Shown in pieces: positions 46,772 through 60,000 of a DNA stretch of 64,000 nt. The translations under genes and the position numbers were made by a program. The stretch is from Marsupella aquatica. Taxonomy: Eukaryota; Plantae; Marchantiophyta. The stretch lies in NCBI GenBank assembly GCA_973895155.1, contig OZ316893.1, positions 5,346,171 through 5,410,170 of the forward strand, read 5' to 3'. The notes beneath the pieces are model-generated. The model was given only the letters and a program-made list of their open reading frames with translations, searched no databases and was not told the origin of the DNA. How positions within the stretch are numbered: position 1 is the first letter of the stretch; each line of letters starts with the position of its first letter.

Positions 46772-49440
46772 CTAGTCCTTGGGCTTAGTTGATTCCCAGT
46801 TGCTGTCGATTGGAATGGAAACCTCCAGTTGGAAGAAATTCCTTTCTTGAGCATACTTTGCTTGTCCTTTTCTCACATCTACTCCAGAGGGCAATGGAAT
46901 CTGCGGTGACATGATTACCTGGGGTTACGAAGCAAACCATGATTCTGATTCTTATTCTGATTCAAGTCTGTGAAAGTCTATTGAACTTGGATCCTGTAAG
47001 CTTGACACTTACTGAAGTGATGCATGTGTGTTTTTCCGGTTTATGTGCTTGAACAGTAGTGGGAAGTGGTCAACAAGTCTCCCTTCCCTCCTTACCTTAA
47101 AAACCATCAGAATGATGTTGGTTACCTGAAGCTTGTACTTGTTGAGCACCAGCACGGCTACTTCCGATTTGGAAACTCCCAGTTTGATATCAGATATATC
47201 GACCTTGAGAATAGATAGTACAGGTGATTTATCAAAGAGGTGCCGTTTCGCGAGCATTCCATTATTTTGGGAAACCCAATGGAAGAAGCACATTCTCGTT
47301 TAATCTGAAGTTCCTTAAAACGGCTTCGAATTGATTCTGTGAATTTAAGGGCAGACTCTTACCACTTCCGGGAAATGTACTCGTAGAACAATCTCATTTA
47401 AATCGTGTGGGTCAACAACTCTGAGGTCGGCCTCATCTTTGCTGCAAAAGGATGTAGAATGTTAAAAGAGCAAGTAGCCTTCGGGCTCAGGAACTTGAAA
47501 GAAAGTGTCAAATATGGAAAAGCTTATTTAGATCTTTCTGTGTCTCAATGAATTCTCAGACGTCATACGCACTTCACCCTTTCTGAGTATGCTTTGGTCT
47601 TCTCAGGGATGGTAGTCTAGTACTACCTGAGGATGAGCTTTTTGGACTCGAAACAAGGCAGATTGAAGACTGCAAGGCATTCCGGAGAGCGCATACGTGC
47701 CTTCGACACACTACATATAGTACGAGGTACAAGCCAGAGATAGGATGAGTACCAGCAAGACATTCAATTTCAGGGCGTACCAGTATTGTGCTTCATCAAG
47801 GCGCTTACAATAGACCACCTCGTATCTTGGAACGACCCCCTCGGAAACCTCTTTCAGCTTCGACCAATACTCACTTTGCTCATTTTGCTCATCAGATGCT
47901 GGTGGTTCAATGTTACGCTCCGAGTGGAGTTTTTTAACGAAACTCTGAACATCAGCTAGTCTTTGCGTGTGGGTCTGTCCTGCTGGTTCCTTCACGTGTG
48001 TAGAAGCCAAGTGACTCTCATCCTCGTTTCCTGTCATTTGTATCTCCTTTAATGCCGTAACAACACCGGTTTTACAAGAGGTTCCGTCCGTTTCAGTCAA
48101 TTTGGGCATGTCAACTGTCTTGTTACTACCCTGACGGCTTGCTCCTGGAGCTGAAGTTGTCTCAGGAGTTGATTCATTTCCACCTACAGGAAGAAGGAGA
48201 GTAGAAGCAGCTGTCACTTCATTTTACGTTTTAAATTTGGTATCTTATCGAAACTTGAGAAAGGGTGATACAGATCATGGCAAGTGAGGAAGTTGGCGTT
48301 CTCATGAAATAATGTCTCAATGATGTGACCCTTCGTCAACCTTTAAATTTCTTCGTGAAGCACTTGCCTTTAGCAAAGTGTGCTTCCCTGAACTCGAATA
48401 CAATCGAAGGGATGTAGTCCAGGGTAGTGTGCAAAGAGTAGAATAGACTCTCCCTGCTACTGCAGAAATGGAACCCGATTCCCATCCTTCTGTATTCAGT
48501 TGCGCTGGACTGTAACACCAGGCTGCCAGTCTAGTGGTCTCACTAGTAGAGCAAAATGTCCGTCACGCATCGAGTCTTGTAAGTCAACCAGATTTCCTTT
48601 CCGTTTCGTTACAGAAGTAATCCAATCCCACTTAAATTTTTTTTTAATCATTACAAAATCAGTAGTAGTCGAAATTGACAGTCAACAGTGTGAGTTTCTT
48701 CCATGTCTATCATGTCACGAGATTTATTTTTGACTTTTCAGTAAGCTTTTCCTAACGATGACTTGAAAGACATCTATTGTACCTCTAGTGTTGAGTGAAG
48801 AAGCTTCAGAGCCGACAGGTGGGACTCGTGGGCCGTTGGTGATCGTCACCATTCTCGGAAGTTCACCCTTTGGGCCTTTGTACACCAACCTGGGCAGTGT
48901 GAACTCTGCAGCACACCTAATGTAATGTATCCTTCCAATTATTAATATCTTTTCACTACCATGAACTCCCATTTCTGAAGATTGCTTCAAGTCTTTTTGT
49001 TCATTTGCTAATTCTGAGTTTTTTCTTCTTGATTACAAAACATTTTCCGAGGTAAATGAATGCAGGAAGTACACAGAAGAACCTCTCAGAGAAATAACAC
49101 CTTACATGTTGTCTTTTGTTCATTCGCTGTGTCTTTTTCATTGCTCGAGTACTAAATTTTGCGCTGAGGTAAATTTGCACGAAGCACAGAAGATCTCTCA
49201 GAAAAGAGTTTAAAACCTTGCACAGATACTCATCGTCCATGATTTTGTTCAGAGAACATAACGGATCCAGAGAAAATAGAGCGGCTTAGTTCTTACCTCG
49301 GGATAGTTTTAGGTGTTGCTCTTTCTCCACTGCATCGATGACCGTGTGCACTAGAAATGTCTTGAATTTCTCCTCCTCGAGGGCCATCTTAAGAGTTTCG
49401 TCGTTGACAATGAAATCGCACACTGCACACTCCACCCCAG
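46772..49440 (-). CDS. PIH1-domain plus C-terminal CS-like domain protein (PIH1D1/Kintoun-DNAAF2 family), 3' exons 49440-49297, 48905-48783, 48216-47781, [47710-47627], 47441-47363, 47203-47126, 46900-46772
   Basis: GVECAVCDFIVNDETLKMALEEEKFKTFLVHTVIDAVEKEQHLKLSREFTLPRLVYKG matches the second half of the PIH1 domain. EIVLRVHFPEV-VDISDIKLGVS..-IPLPSGVDVRKGQAKY...LEVSIP matches a CS fold. Splice phases are consistent. Confidence 0.75.
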
Positions 49441-49979
49441 CTGCTCCCCACCAATTGATGGGTGAAAATATTAGTCATGCACAAAGATCAAAGTGAGCAC
49501 TATATAATCTACAAGCTAACATGAAACACGAACACCTTCATGTCAGCTTGTAAGAACCAGTAAGAATCCAAATTGGTCAGAAACAAAAGGGGACATTGAA
49601 ATCAGAACCGCGAGAGATTGCACATGCCAACGTGCAGAAACCTTCGGATATTTTCTTGGTATGCTGCAAACAGCGATGACCATTTTTGACAACTCCTAAC
49701 ACTAGCTATGCTGACAATGAAGGGGACTGTTGAATCTAGGGAAATGTAAAATCCACTACTCTATTATAGTCACCTCAAATCACTAAATCCACCCTATTTC
49801 GATGACAAGTCAGAATCTGAACTGCTTTCATCAATGACTGGGCTTGTTTAGGGGTGTATAGAGTAAATCCTGGGGTGTATTTAACAACCCTGTAAATCTA
49901 CCCCAAAATTTTAGGATAAATCCTCCAATGCACCTGGCCATTAGGGCATGTCATAGCACTGCCGAAAGCACGGTCTTAC

Positions 49980-52900
49980 GGCTGTGGGTTTTTGGATACA
50001 CCATCCTTATGTTGAGGTAGCCTGTGGTGTATTTTTCCTGGCTGAAAATAAAAACTTTATGTCCTTGGCAGTAACTCAGTTACGCCTGGTTCGACACACC
50101 TTATCAATACAGCAGGGTAATATGCCTTTGGATTCTAGCATGTTATCTGAATTGGATGGTTCTAGTAATTTGATATTAACAGAGTAAATTCATGGGTGCA
50201 TATCATGTTACCCTTTAAGTTACTTAAGTCAAAGGGCTTAATCAGCTGGGCAAACTCATCCTCAACTTATAGGTACAATGAAAAACGTGAAGTGGATGGA
50301 ATTGTGTTGAGACATGGGCAATTATATCTCTTGTATTAATTTGAGCTAGACTTAGTGATCTGTGAAATTCTTAGGTTAGAGCTGACCTTTGTCTATGTCC
50401 TTTAAAGGGGGAGAGATATTATAAGGGACGGTCCAATCTTTTCCACATTTATCAGGCCGTTCTTTGCCAGTTGCAGGCCCCAATTTTGAGGAATGGCAAA
50501 CATTGATAAAAATCTGTCAATGTGAACATTTGAGGAGAAGAGGATGAGGAGTGGGTGAGACTCAATGTAAAAGAGAATACATGGGATCTTGTAATTCCCT
50601 TTTACAATAGACTGCAAGACCTGTATTTATGATTACCTACGGACTCGACGAGTGACTGGCCAAATCCAATTCCAGCTCTTCATTCATGACCTAAGACACC
50701 TTACTGTCACAATGAGACTTTTGTGTGCAGGCCCAACTTTGTGGCAGGAAGGGTTCCTTCACTAGCCTATTTGCAATTTCCATTTTCTTGGGCTGCATTT
50801 TATTAACTTTTTTCCCAGTGAATCCACTTACTAGGTCATACCTTCATACTAGTGTTTTCAAGTTTTGTTTTGATACAAAATGCTGGAGTTGGAATGATAA
50901 TTTCATTCCCTTGGCACAACAATGGGATTTTGTCCTCTCTGTCCTCATCGTCTATAATCATTTTCTCCAAATCCTGATTGAAGCGACACAACAAGCTCAA
51001 TACTTAATTAAGAATCTGACAATAAATTTCACTTAGACCAGTCCAAAAACAAAAGGAAGCAAGAGAAATGAGCAACTAGTTTTTCATGATAGATTGGAAA
51101 GTTATGTTTGTTCACAAGGGTTTAGCTGAAAATCTTTGTTGATAGAATTATTTAGAAGATAAGTATTTGACCTAATGTTGCATTTAAACACAAAGAAAAT
51201 AAAATTTCATGATAGCAAGTTTCTTACAAATTAAATTCGTAAGATCATTCATTTCTTAAAAGGATATTGTTTCTTCAAACAATCTACACCCCTGGCTGTA
51301 CTACATGTTACAATGCATTTTTCTTTTTACTGTGTTCGAAGATTGTTCACTACATTCTGGCCAGAGGATGCAAATCACATTTGAGAAATATACTACAAAG
51401 AAGACGGGAGTGTTCTATGCTGCTCTTAGGTTCAATTTGTTTGCAAATGTGTGTAATATTACATAGATGACACTGGGGAAAAGACTAGGTACATGGAGTT
51501 CTCTTAATAGTTTAATAGTTACCTCCTTGATTTCGTCTGCAAGCATTTCCACAACTCTTGGGTTCTTCACGAGATTTTTCATTGTTTCACTTTCCTATAC
51601 AAGGTATAATGCCTCAGTGTTGTAATCAAATAATATTAATGCAAAGCAATTGGCAACATTCAATGGGTTTCAAATTTATATGAGCTTATATATGTGAGTC
51701 CTACTTTTCTTGACAGATGGTAGTACTAATTCGCATATCAAAGAGAATAGTTAATCTTTAATGATTGGAAGACCATTCAATATCTCAGTTTGTCTGTGGT
51801 CAGGTTTGTTGATCACCAAGAAGAATTGGATCAATTGTCCCCCAAAGCTTTCACCTGGATTCGGTCATAACAAAGAAGCGTCTACTCTAAATATATTGAA
51901 AAGAGATATGATTGAATTGCATACATGATTCCTATGGCAACCCTGGAGTCATAGCATTTGTAGGATTTTATGGTACTGGACCTCTTTTGTCAAGTTCATG
52001 GCCATGAGACCAGATTTTGTCATTTTCTCTACTTTAGCAATTAAGCTTGTAGAACTTTGCTGTTCATGACCACCAAAGTGAGTAATTGGAGTCTGTCACA
52101 TGTTTCTTCCGTCTGATTCTCAGCTATGAAGAGTATTGTCTTGTGGGGATTGGCAGCCACATACCTAACTATACAATGGCAATAGAAAGATGCTTTTCAA
52201 GGTCTACAGTCTAGAGTGAAGTCTCTAATCCGCAACTCTGGGACATAAATTAAATTGGGATACGAGTGGAAAACGGGTAGGCAGGGTGATGCTAAGTCTC
52301 TGAAAATGGCTTAGGGGCTTGAATGTACTCACTATCATTTATCTTCACAAAGGGCTCTCACGGTAGTCACCCCTCACCCGGCATATACACATCTATTAGC
52401 GACTACTGCCTTGCCTTGAATGCAAGGCCCAGACCTAGCCTTGTGTTCATTAATCCAAAAACCAAAATTCCAAGTAAAGCTTTTAATTTGAATGGAAGGC
52501 CCTTTAGATAGCACCCTGGGCCTTGTCTTCAAGGGCATGTATACAAACAAAAGACTGAATTTGGATTCTGGTGATATGTTGTTTGTTGTGCCTATTCTAT
52601 TGTGCTTGCTGGTTTTTGCCGTGGGTCTCTTGCAATACTTTTCATGGCTCACGGTCAGCTTTCCCCAAAGTGAAATACAACTAAAACATTAGTGGAGGAT
52701 CACACTAACTTGGAAAATGAAGCTTCCATAGACCACAAGGTTTGATAAGGTGCTTGGATAGACCACCAATAACCCACTTGGCTTACTGTGAAATGCTATA
52801 TTTGTTTTGGTGCCAGCTGTTTCTTTCCACAAGTCTCTACTAAACTATACAGGACGGCAAGACCAAAATCCAGTGGGCAGCTGGTGTGGACCACCCTCCT

Positions 52901-53198
52901 TGGTATCCATCCCCACTTCACCTGCGGCCGTGGATGATGTGTCGTGGGAGGCCAAAAACCGGCCCGTCACAAATATTGTGCCCCCTACTAAGGGCCACTT
53001 TACAAGACGGGCGCAGCAATCTGAGTGCTTTCTACCAGGGCTGTAACAGAGCCCAACTTTTTGTGTAAGGTAGGACTCTAGACCAATCCAAGGCACGAAT
53101 CGTAGGAGAAAGCAACCTGCCCATTTTTGCACCTCCGGAGGTCCGATAGTCTAGCGCCCGGATGAGAGTCCCGAGCCGGCTGGCCCGAGCTGATCCAT
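49980..53198 (-). other. Tentative 5' exons of the PIH1 gene (53198-53133, 51594-51523, 50690-50641 or 50637, 50041-49980)
   Basis: Each piece has a GT donor, and the internal pieces have AG acceptors. The chain is phase-compatible (ESETMKNLVKNPRVVEMLADEIKE-VMNEELELDL...), but there is an in-frame TAG at 53153-53151 and no protein motif confirms it. Confidence 0.4.
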
Positions 53199-53479
53199 AC
53201 CAGAATGCAGGTTCAGCAGTTCCCGCAACTCAACTTGCCGTCCCAGTCTTCTCCAGCAAGGAGCGCCCGGGCAGGCTGAAACAACGGTTGTGATTGATTC
53301 GATCATGAAAAAAGAGGGACTAAATTGCCGCGCCAGTCTTGTAAAGTGACCCTAACACATTTCATAGCACACGGTCACTTAAAATAGAAAATAAGCTGAA
53401 AACTAATATAGGATCCTACGAACTTGGAAAGTGAAGCTCCCCATAGACCACAAGGTTTGACAGGGTGCTTGGATAGACC
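52707..53479. repeat. Dispersed ~58-bp direct repeat (52707-52764 and 53421-53479)
   Basis: AACTTGGAAA.TGAAGCT.CCATAGACCACAAGGTTTGA.A.GGTGCTTGGATAGACC occurs twice. Confidence 0.85.
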
Positions 53480-53600
53480 GCTTGGATGGCTGGGAAATAC
53501 TATTTTTATTCAGAAGTATTCCAATTGTTTGTGATACACACTTTTGTGTCGCAGCTCAGTCAGGGTTTAAGCTCATTATAAGGAAGAACCACAGTCCTGG

Positions 53601-53873
53601 ACTTCGTGAGACGTCAAATTTCTTTTTCGGTTCTGACGTTGAACAGAACACTTTGTTACATTTCGAGAAATGTCGCGATTCTATTATTGTATTGAAGAGT
53701 TCGAAGTCTTTGTGGGATGATGGGTTCTGAATGTCATCTACTTCGTGAGACGTCAGATTCCTTGTTCTGTCCTGAAGTTGAACAAAACAGTTTGTTACAA
53801 TTTGAGAAACGTCTCGATTCCAGTACTGTGTAGAAGAGTTCCAAGTCTTTTGGGGGGTGATGGTTTCTGATTG
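53601..53873. repeat. Diverged 139-bp tandem duplication in the PIH1/TTI1 intergenic region
   Basis: Units start ACTTCGTGAGACGTCA at 53601 and 53740 and align along their length. Confidence 0.88.
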
Positions 53874-53938
53874 TGTTGTTGTTGCCCGTTTCAATCTCAG
53901 TAAGGAAGCCTTGAATTGCTTTAAGGCTGTTTAGGCAT

Positions 53939-53946
53939 AAACCCTA
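53939..53946 (+). promoter_or_regulatory. Telo-box upstream of TTI1
   Basis: AAACCCTA about 100 bp before the ATG at 54048. Confidence 0.4.
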
Positions 53947-54047
53947 GAAGTTGGCTGGCAGCGTCAATTGACGATTCCGATTGTGCTCATCCAAATGGTG
54001 TGGTAAGTTCACTAAGGCGGAATTCGGCATTGGGGGAGACTTTCAGA

Positions 54048-57000
54048 ATGGACAGAACGGTGGAAAGAGAAGGAGAAAGGGATGCTCAACTCACCTTCAC
54101 GATGCTGAAGCCTCTCTGCACTCAATTGCTCGAAGTGTCTTCCACATCAGCGGAAGACCGTGCAATGGTGCTCGACGCTCTTCAGAAGGTTCTGAGAGAG
54201 GTTCCTTCTGCAGGGCTCCAGCGATGCATGGAGTATGTACTACAAGACCGTTCGCAGTCCTGCTGACCTTTGCTTCTTCGTGACTAAGCAGTTCACGAAA
54301 AGATGTCTGATGAGTGTGAATTGCGTTGCGTGTTGTGGATGGCAGCTATGCACTCTTCCCGTTATTGCTTCTTTTAGATGCAGCCGTTGCAGGCAGGTCA
54401 TCGAGCTCTCTCCATCATATGGAATTCTCTGTTAAGAATCAAGTAATGCGAGTAGGTGATAGGGTCGCAGAAGGCGTACTGTCATGTGTGGAGGTGATCC
54501 TTCAGAGATGTTGTTTGGAGACCACGTCACAGGTGAATTGACCCTCAACTTTGCTTAGGGACTTTGATGATGTGGTGAAAATTGTGAATCAGTGAACTGC
54601 CGAGCCCCGTGGCGCAAACATTTTATAAAATACATTCGACGAACTGAGAGTTATTTCAGCTGAAATTTGTAAAGTTTTTAACTTTTAGCTGAATTGTTGA
54701 TAAAAGGGATCCTTTGACTTGTTCTTTTCCCATTAGCGATACTCTGCCTTTTATTATCTTTATCTGAGTCCTTATTGTCCCTGTGTTGGGTGGTACTTTG
54801 TCCCTGGCACAGGCAGCAATGCTTTTGCGGAAGTTGACCTCTGCAGCCATGCTATCACCAAAAGAGGCTGCAGAAGAGTTTCGACATGGAGTGGTGAAAA
54901 GTTTGCAGGCACTCTTGCAGAATCTTAGACCATGTGATAGCCCTACGTGCCTCTGCAAGCAGATGGCTCGTTCACCTTTTGTTGGATTAAAACAGAATCC
55001 ATTGGCGTTTTTTTTGGAATGTGCAATTGGAAGAACCGAGTTAGAAGAACATACGGGCGTATCGGATACCTGTCCTCTGGGATGTTTTCAATCCGAAAGT
55101 ATGTCTGCAGCTATCGGTCACTTGATCTCTCTTCTGCTTCAGGTGTGTGACATCTGAACTCGGAATATGAGAAAAATCATTGAATTGGCTCTCGTAGTCG
55201 GTTAGCTGGTTGAAGACCACAAGTACACTATTACCTCCACGACCTCTAGAGTTAGAGTCAACGTTGTTCTGGATTCTTGACTCATCTATTGACTTCCAGC
55301 TCTGCCTTACAAGTTATTTCCTATTTCCTGACTGGGTCTGGCAATGCATTTTGTTCTTTCAGAGCACTGAATGAATCTCATGTAACTCTCAAGCCTATCC
55401 TGAAGGAGTCAGCTACCGCTCTCTTGCAGAATATTGTTGTTACTTAGAGTAGCTTAATTTGTAGTGCATTGCGATTCATTGATGTCTTGTTCAGATTGCA
55501 GAGGCAGAGGCAGCACGAGGAGCAGTAGGCAGTGGGAAACTTAGGCAACATTCCTTGTTTACCCTTCGGACTCTTATTTTGAAGGTGAGCTTCATTTCCA
55601 TACATTTGCAACGTCTCTCAGCATTGTCAATGTGTCTCTGGTTTCTTGTGATACCATTCAAACCCCTAATTTGAGACCAGGAATATACAGATTAATTCTC
55701 TGACAGGTTGGTACCGCAGATGGAATTGCCTTCTTTTTGCCGGGAGTTGTGAGTGGCTTTGCAAAGGTCATGCATTCCTCAAGGGCTAGTAAGGGGAACT
55801 TTCGCTCATCAAGTCCATCTTCTCTTGTGCACACTTCTGGGGCTGCAGGATGGCCCGCTGCTGTGGAAGAAGCTATCAAGGGCCTAACGGAGATCCTGGT
55901 TATCGTTCTCGGAGATGAGAAGAATGCTGGATTGTATAGCTCATCCTTGTCTTTAGACGAAGATAGTTTGGACAAACATGAGCATGTCACAGCAACAGCA
56001 GCCTTGGAAACTTTGCAAGGTCTTTCTGTGCAGCTACAAAGTGCCAGCAAGGAAAAGTCTCCGTCCGGAAGTACTGAAGTACCTGAAATCAGTATCAGTA
56101 AAGCCATTGGAACACGGGTAGCACAGACAATGATTACGGTTTCTGCAAATCAAGTGGTCGGAGGGGAGTCCAGCCTGCCTTTGCGGAGTCCACGGACCAA
56201 AGAGTGGCTGGACCTTGCTTCATCTCGCGTTCATGTACTCATCTCACAGACTTTCCCTTTGGTATGACTACTCTCCCATTCAGTTTTTGAAATGATCGGA
56301 TGTCTTTGATTGTCAGTTTGATTCTTTTATTTATTTGTTCTGTCACAGAGCCCCAACTCTAGGCCACTTTACCCAGCAAAAAAGATGTCGGATCTGATGT
56401 AGTTTTTTCTGTGCTGTAGCTTTGTGCACATCAGTCTGCTGCTGTTAGACTGGCCGTCACTGAAGCTACGGCAATTCTTCTTGCGACTTGTGGGAGTACT
56501 CTGAAAAATTGCACGACCTTGTTTCTGGTAAGATACGAATTCTCGAACAATATCTCCGTCGTCAAGCGTTGATTCAATACTCTCGCCGGATATTTCCTTT
56601 TCGCAATTCGAAGAGCGTCTTCAAAATAACTTGCATTTTTCTATGGCAGGAGTGCCTCCTGGCGTTGGCTTGTGATGATTGGGAGCATGTGGCTTCTGCT
56701 GCCCAGACGTACTTAACGTTGCTTTTCACCCCCGTGGAAAATGATAATCTTCCAAGGAACAATTCGGAAATTATGGGCGTACATGAGAAGCAAAAAATGT
56801 TTCAGACATGTCTCGTCAAGATTTTTTCCAGGTATGTCTTCAATGTTGTGCTGTGATACAGCCTGATTTCTTCGAGAGATCCAATGTCATTTTACAAGAA
56901 AACATGGTATGGTTATAAGCGATGCTTATATTAAGAAACCGGAAAGGACTCGGGCTTTATTATGATGATGGAGCCAGTACTCTCTTATTTCTTCTGATGT

Positions 57001-60000
57001 GATAGTTTTTCAAAATGTGGTGGTCATTCTTCCGACGTATCCCAAACGAGGATGTTGTGTGTACAGCACATGTTTTGAATGCGAAATACTTGGCATGTGA
57101 AACTGCAGTATGCTTGAACAGCTTCCCAGGGTGGTATTTTCGTCAAACATATCCATGGCTGTGTTACATGCACGGCGGATCACAGCAGCTATGTACTTCC
57201 TGGGACCAGATGGAGTCTCATCACAGCTTCTGGATACATTGGTAAGCTTTATCCGTGATTTTGTCAGAGTCTTAGCGTGGACCAGCTAGTACCAGTAACA
57301 GTTGCAAATGTTCTTCGGTTGAGAGGCGTGCAATGCCAAGATTGTCATGGATTTTCTTTCAAATGACTTTTCTGCTTCTCTCCCTTCTCTCCCTCCGTGA
57401 ATTACAGTCTCCCCTTTCTTCTGGTTCCAAGTGTTTTCACTTAATTCGAAGCGATTGGTTTAGTAAAAGAAGTGGAGAAGGACAAAGTAGGTTACCTAGT
57501 AACTTTGCCAAAGCAGTAGTGGGAATGTGGTGTTCTTTCCATCTTGTGAGAGCTGCTACCATGGTAAGTGAGGTCTACGTCCAGAGTGGCCAGTCTTAAT
57601 CCTTTCCAGTATGCTGCAATGACTTGATCCTTTTCAATTTAATTGCTGGGGCCAGGTTTCAAAACAGAAATTTATTCAAACACTGTCTCAGTGTTTGAGT
57701 TTCAACACAACCTTCACTGGGTCACTGGAACAGATTACCTCAGGTAAACCTATTCCTTATTGTCCGATCATTTCTGAGGTGAAACCTGGTGACGAAGGTG
57801 ATGACTCAGAAAGGTCAGGTCAGAACCTCGCAGACACAACTTCGAGACGAGTGGATCAGGGTATTAAGGCAGAGGATCTGCCGACTATGCCACCTTGGTT
57901 ATCTCTAGGCTCTGGGAGCAAGCTTTATTGTGCTTTGGTATATATTCTACGGCTTGCCGGATTATGTGCTGTCACCGGTATGCCGTTCTCTCCATTCAAC
58001 AAGGAATGCATTTCATACTGTCAGTGATTTGATTGTGCATGCCATGTCCCATGCGACATGCGAGGATTTTGCCCGATGTGGTCAAATAATCTCCGGGTCT
58101 GAATTTTCCTCTTAATCAATATGAAATGTTCGTTGCACTCGAATCTCATGTTTCTCTGCCCTGAACTGTGGTACAGACCAAAACAGAGGGGAAACACTAG
58201 TTAGCCTCATGGAGCTTCTATTAGTCAATGTGCGCCAGGCTGCAGCAACTGTCAGCAGTTATGGTAATGACTTGTCGCCAGAGGAAAGAATTTCAAGTGG
58301 TCAGGAGCAGCGCATGGCTGCAACATCAGTCTGTGTTCTAAATGAAATCATCTTTGGAGCTTCAGGAGCATGGAATGGGAAACTTTTCCTTGAATTTGGT
58401 GATCAAATGTTGTCCAAGAATTTCCAAAGTCATCAGGCAAAGAATATACGCACCGCAGAAGTGCCTTTTTCGACAGGAGAGAAGTACTCCCCACGATACG
58501 TCCAATTGGGAAGTTCTGAAATACATATCCCTTTTCAGTCCTTACAGGCAAGATGGCAGGCAGCTGACAAGGACGACGTGAAAAAAATCATAAGTGATTG
58601 TGCAGGCAGTATCCTTCATGACTACCTAATTCCAGAAGTATGGGACCAGCCCACTGATTTGGCCTCTGCCTCTTTTTCCAACAAAACTGCTTTGGATGAG
58701 TTGCCATCCGTCCACACCTTCGAAGATCACATTATGATGCAAAAGGTAGATATGTTCTCTATTAGAGAATTTGAGTTCATAGATTATATTCGGTTTGTTT
58801 GATTGGGGTTCGTCGTTTGTTCACCTATCCCTGCTTTTTCTATGAAAACAATTCAAAAACTCATTGGAGAATTTGGTTGGAGAGTGGTTTCTGAGGGATG
58901 GCACAAATTCTGTAAGAAGGGCGAGAATTGTCTTAAAGAGGAGTCTGGTAATTGCAGGTCCTGGTGGATGGAGTTGGAGTACTTTGTATCGCACTTGACA
59001 AGACGTTTGAGGAGTGCGGATATTTGGGGCTGGTCCTCTTTCCACTTCTTGAAAAACTGGCATCCCCAAGCTACCACATCCGACGTGCAGCCGCAGTTGT
59101 GCTTAACACACTATGCTCTCTCTGTGAATACCCTTCTGTAAGTTGTCTTAAATCTCATTGCGCATGCTTTGGAGATTTTGTAGACAGGAGAATTGAAAGG
59201 TATCTTTGAAATCTTTAAAAAACAACCAGGCTCATTTCTTTGTTGAGATGGTTGTGCTTACGGGGGGTGGTGTGCCTGGCAATAGGTTCGAGACCTTGTG
59301 GTGGCAAATGTGGATCTTGTCATTGATTCTCTTTGCCGTCAGTTTCGACATCTTACAATGTACCCCAATGCTCCAAACTTACTAGCAGCTATTCTGCATC
59401 ACACAAACGTATCGGCTGACCTGTTACCGCTACTGGAAGAACCTGTAAGATCTGTTCTGTGGATGCTAACACTGCTGTCTGTCTTCACCGCACACTCGGT
59501 GTGGTATCGTCAACCAACTAGATTATTTGTCCGTTCTCTTCCTCTGATATGTTTATCTGTTTTAAAGAAGGCCACTACAACCTAAAAAGGCACAGATGAT
59601 TTGAACTCACTATTTTTCTGGGGAAATCAGCTGCGTGGAATAGTGCTGGAGCTTGACGTCCTTTCAAGGCGAAATCATCCTCATTTCACAGTTCCCCTGT
59701 TACGAGTGAGTTTCCATTCCTTGATGTAGTTGCATTATAGAATTTCAGCCTATTTTCATATTGTACTCCGGGTTGTTGAATTTAAAACTCACTGGTGCTT
59801 CTGCAAGACCTAAATAAGCGGACAATTGAAATAGTGTCTAGACAGGCAGGATTACGGAACTTTGGATGGTTAAGAAAATGGCCATTATGCAGGATGGGAT
59901 CAACTCCGAGTGAATTTGTTATTCAGGGTAATTCAATGCTCTGTTTCAAGGACTACTAGATTGCACAGAAGTTATCAGGAATTCCAACCTTCCACCAGAG

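Noticed and set aside
54560-54652. Box C/D snoRNA-like TGATGA...CTGA in TTI1 intron 2
   Set aside because: Box C is imperfect, the terminal stem is weak and I recognise no rRNA-complementary guide.
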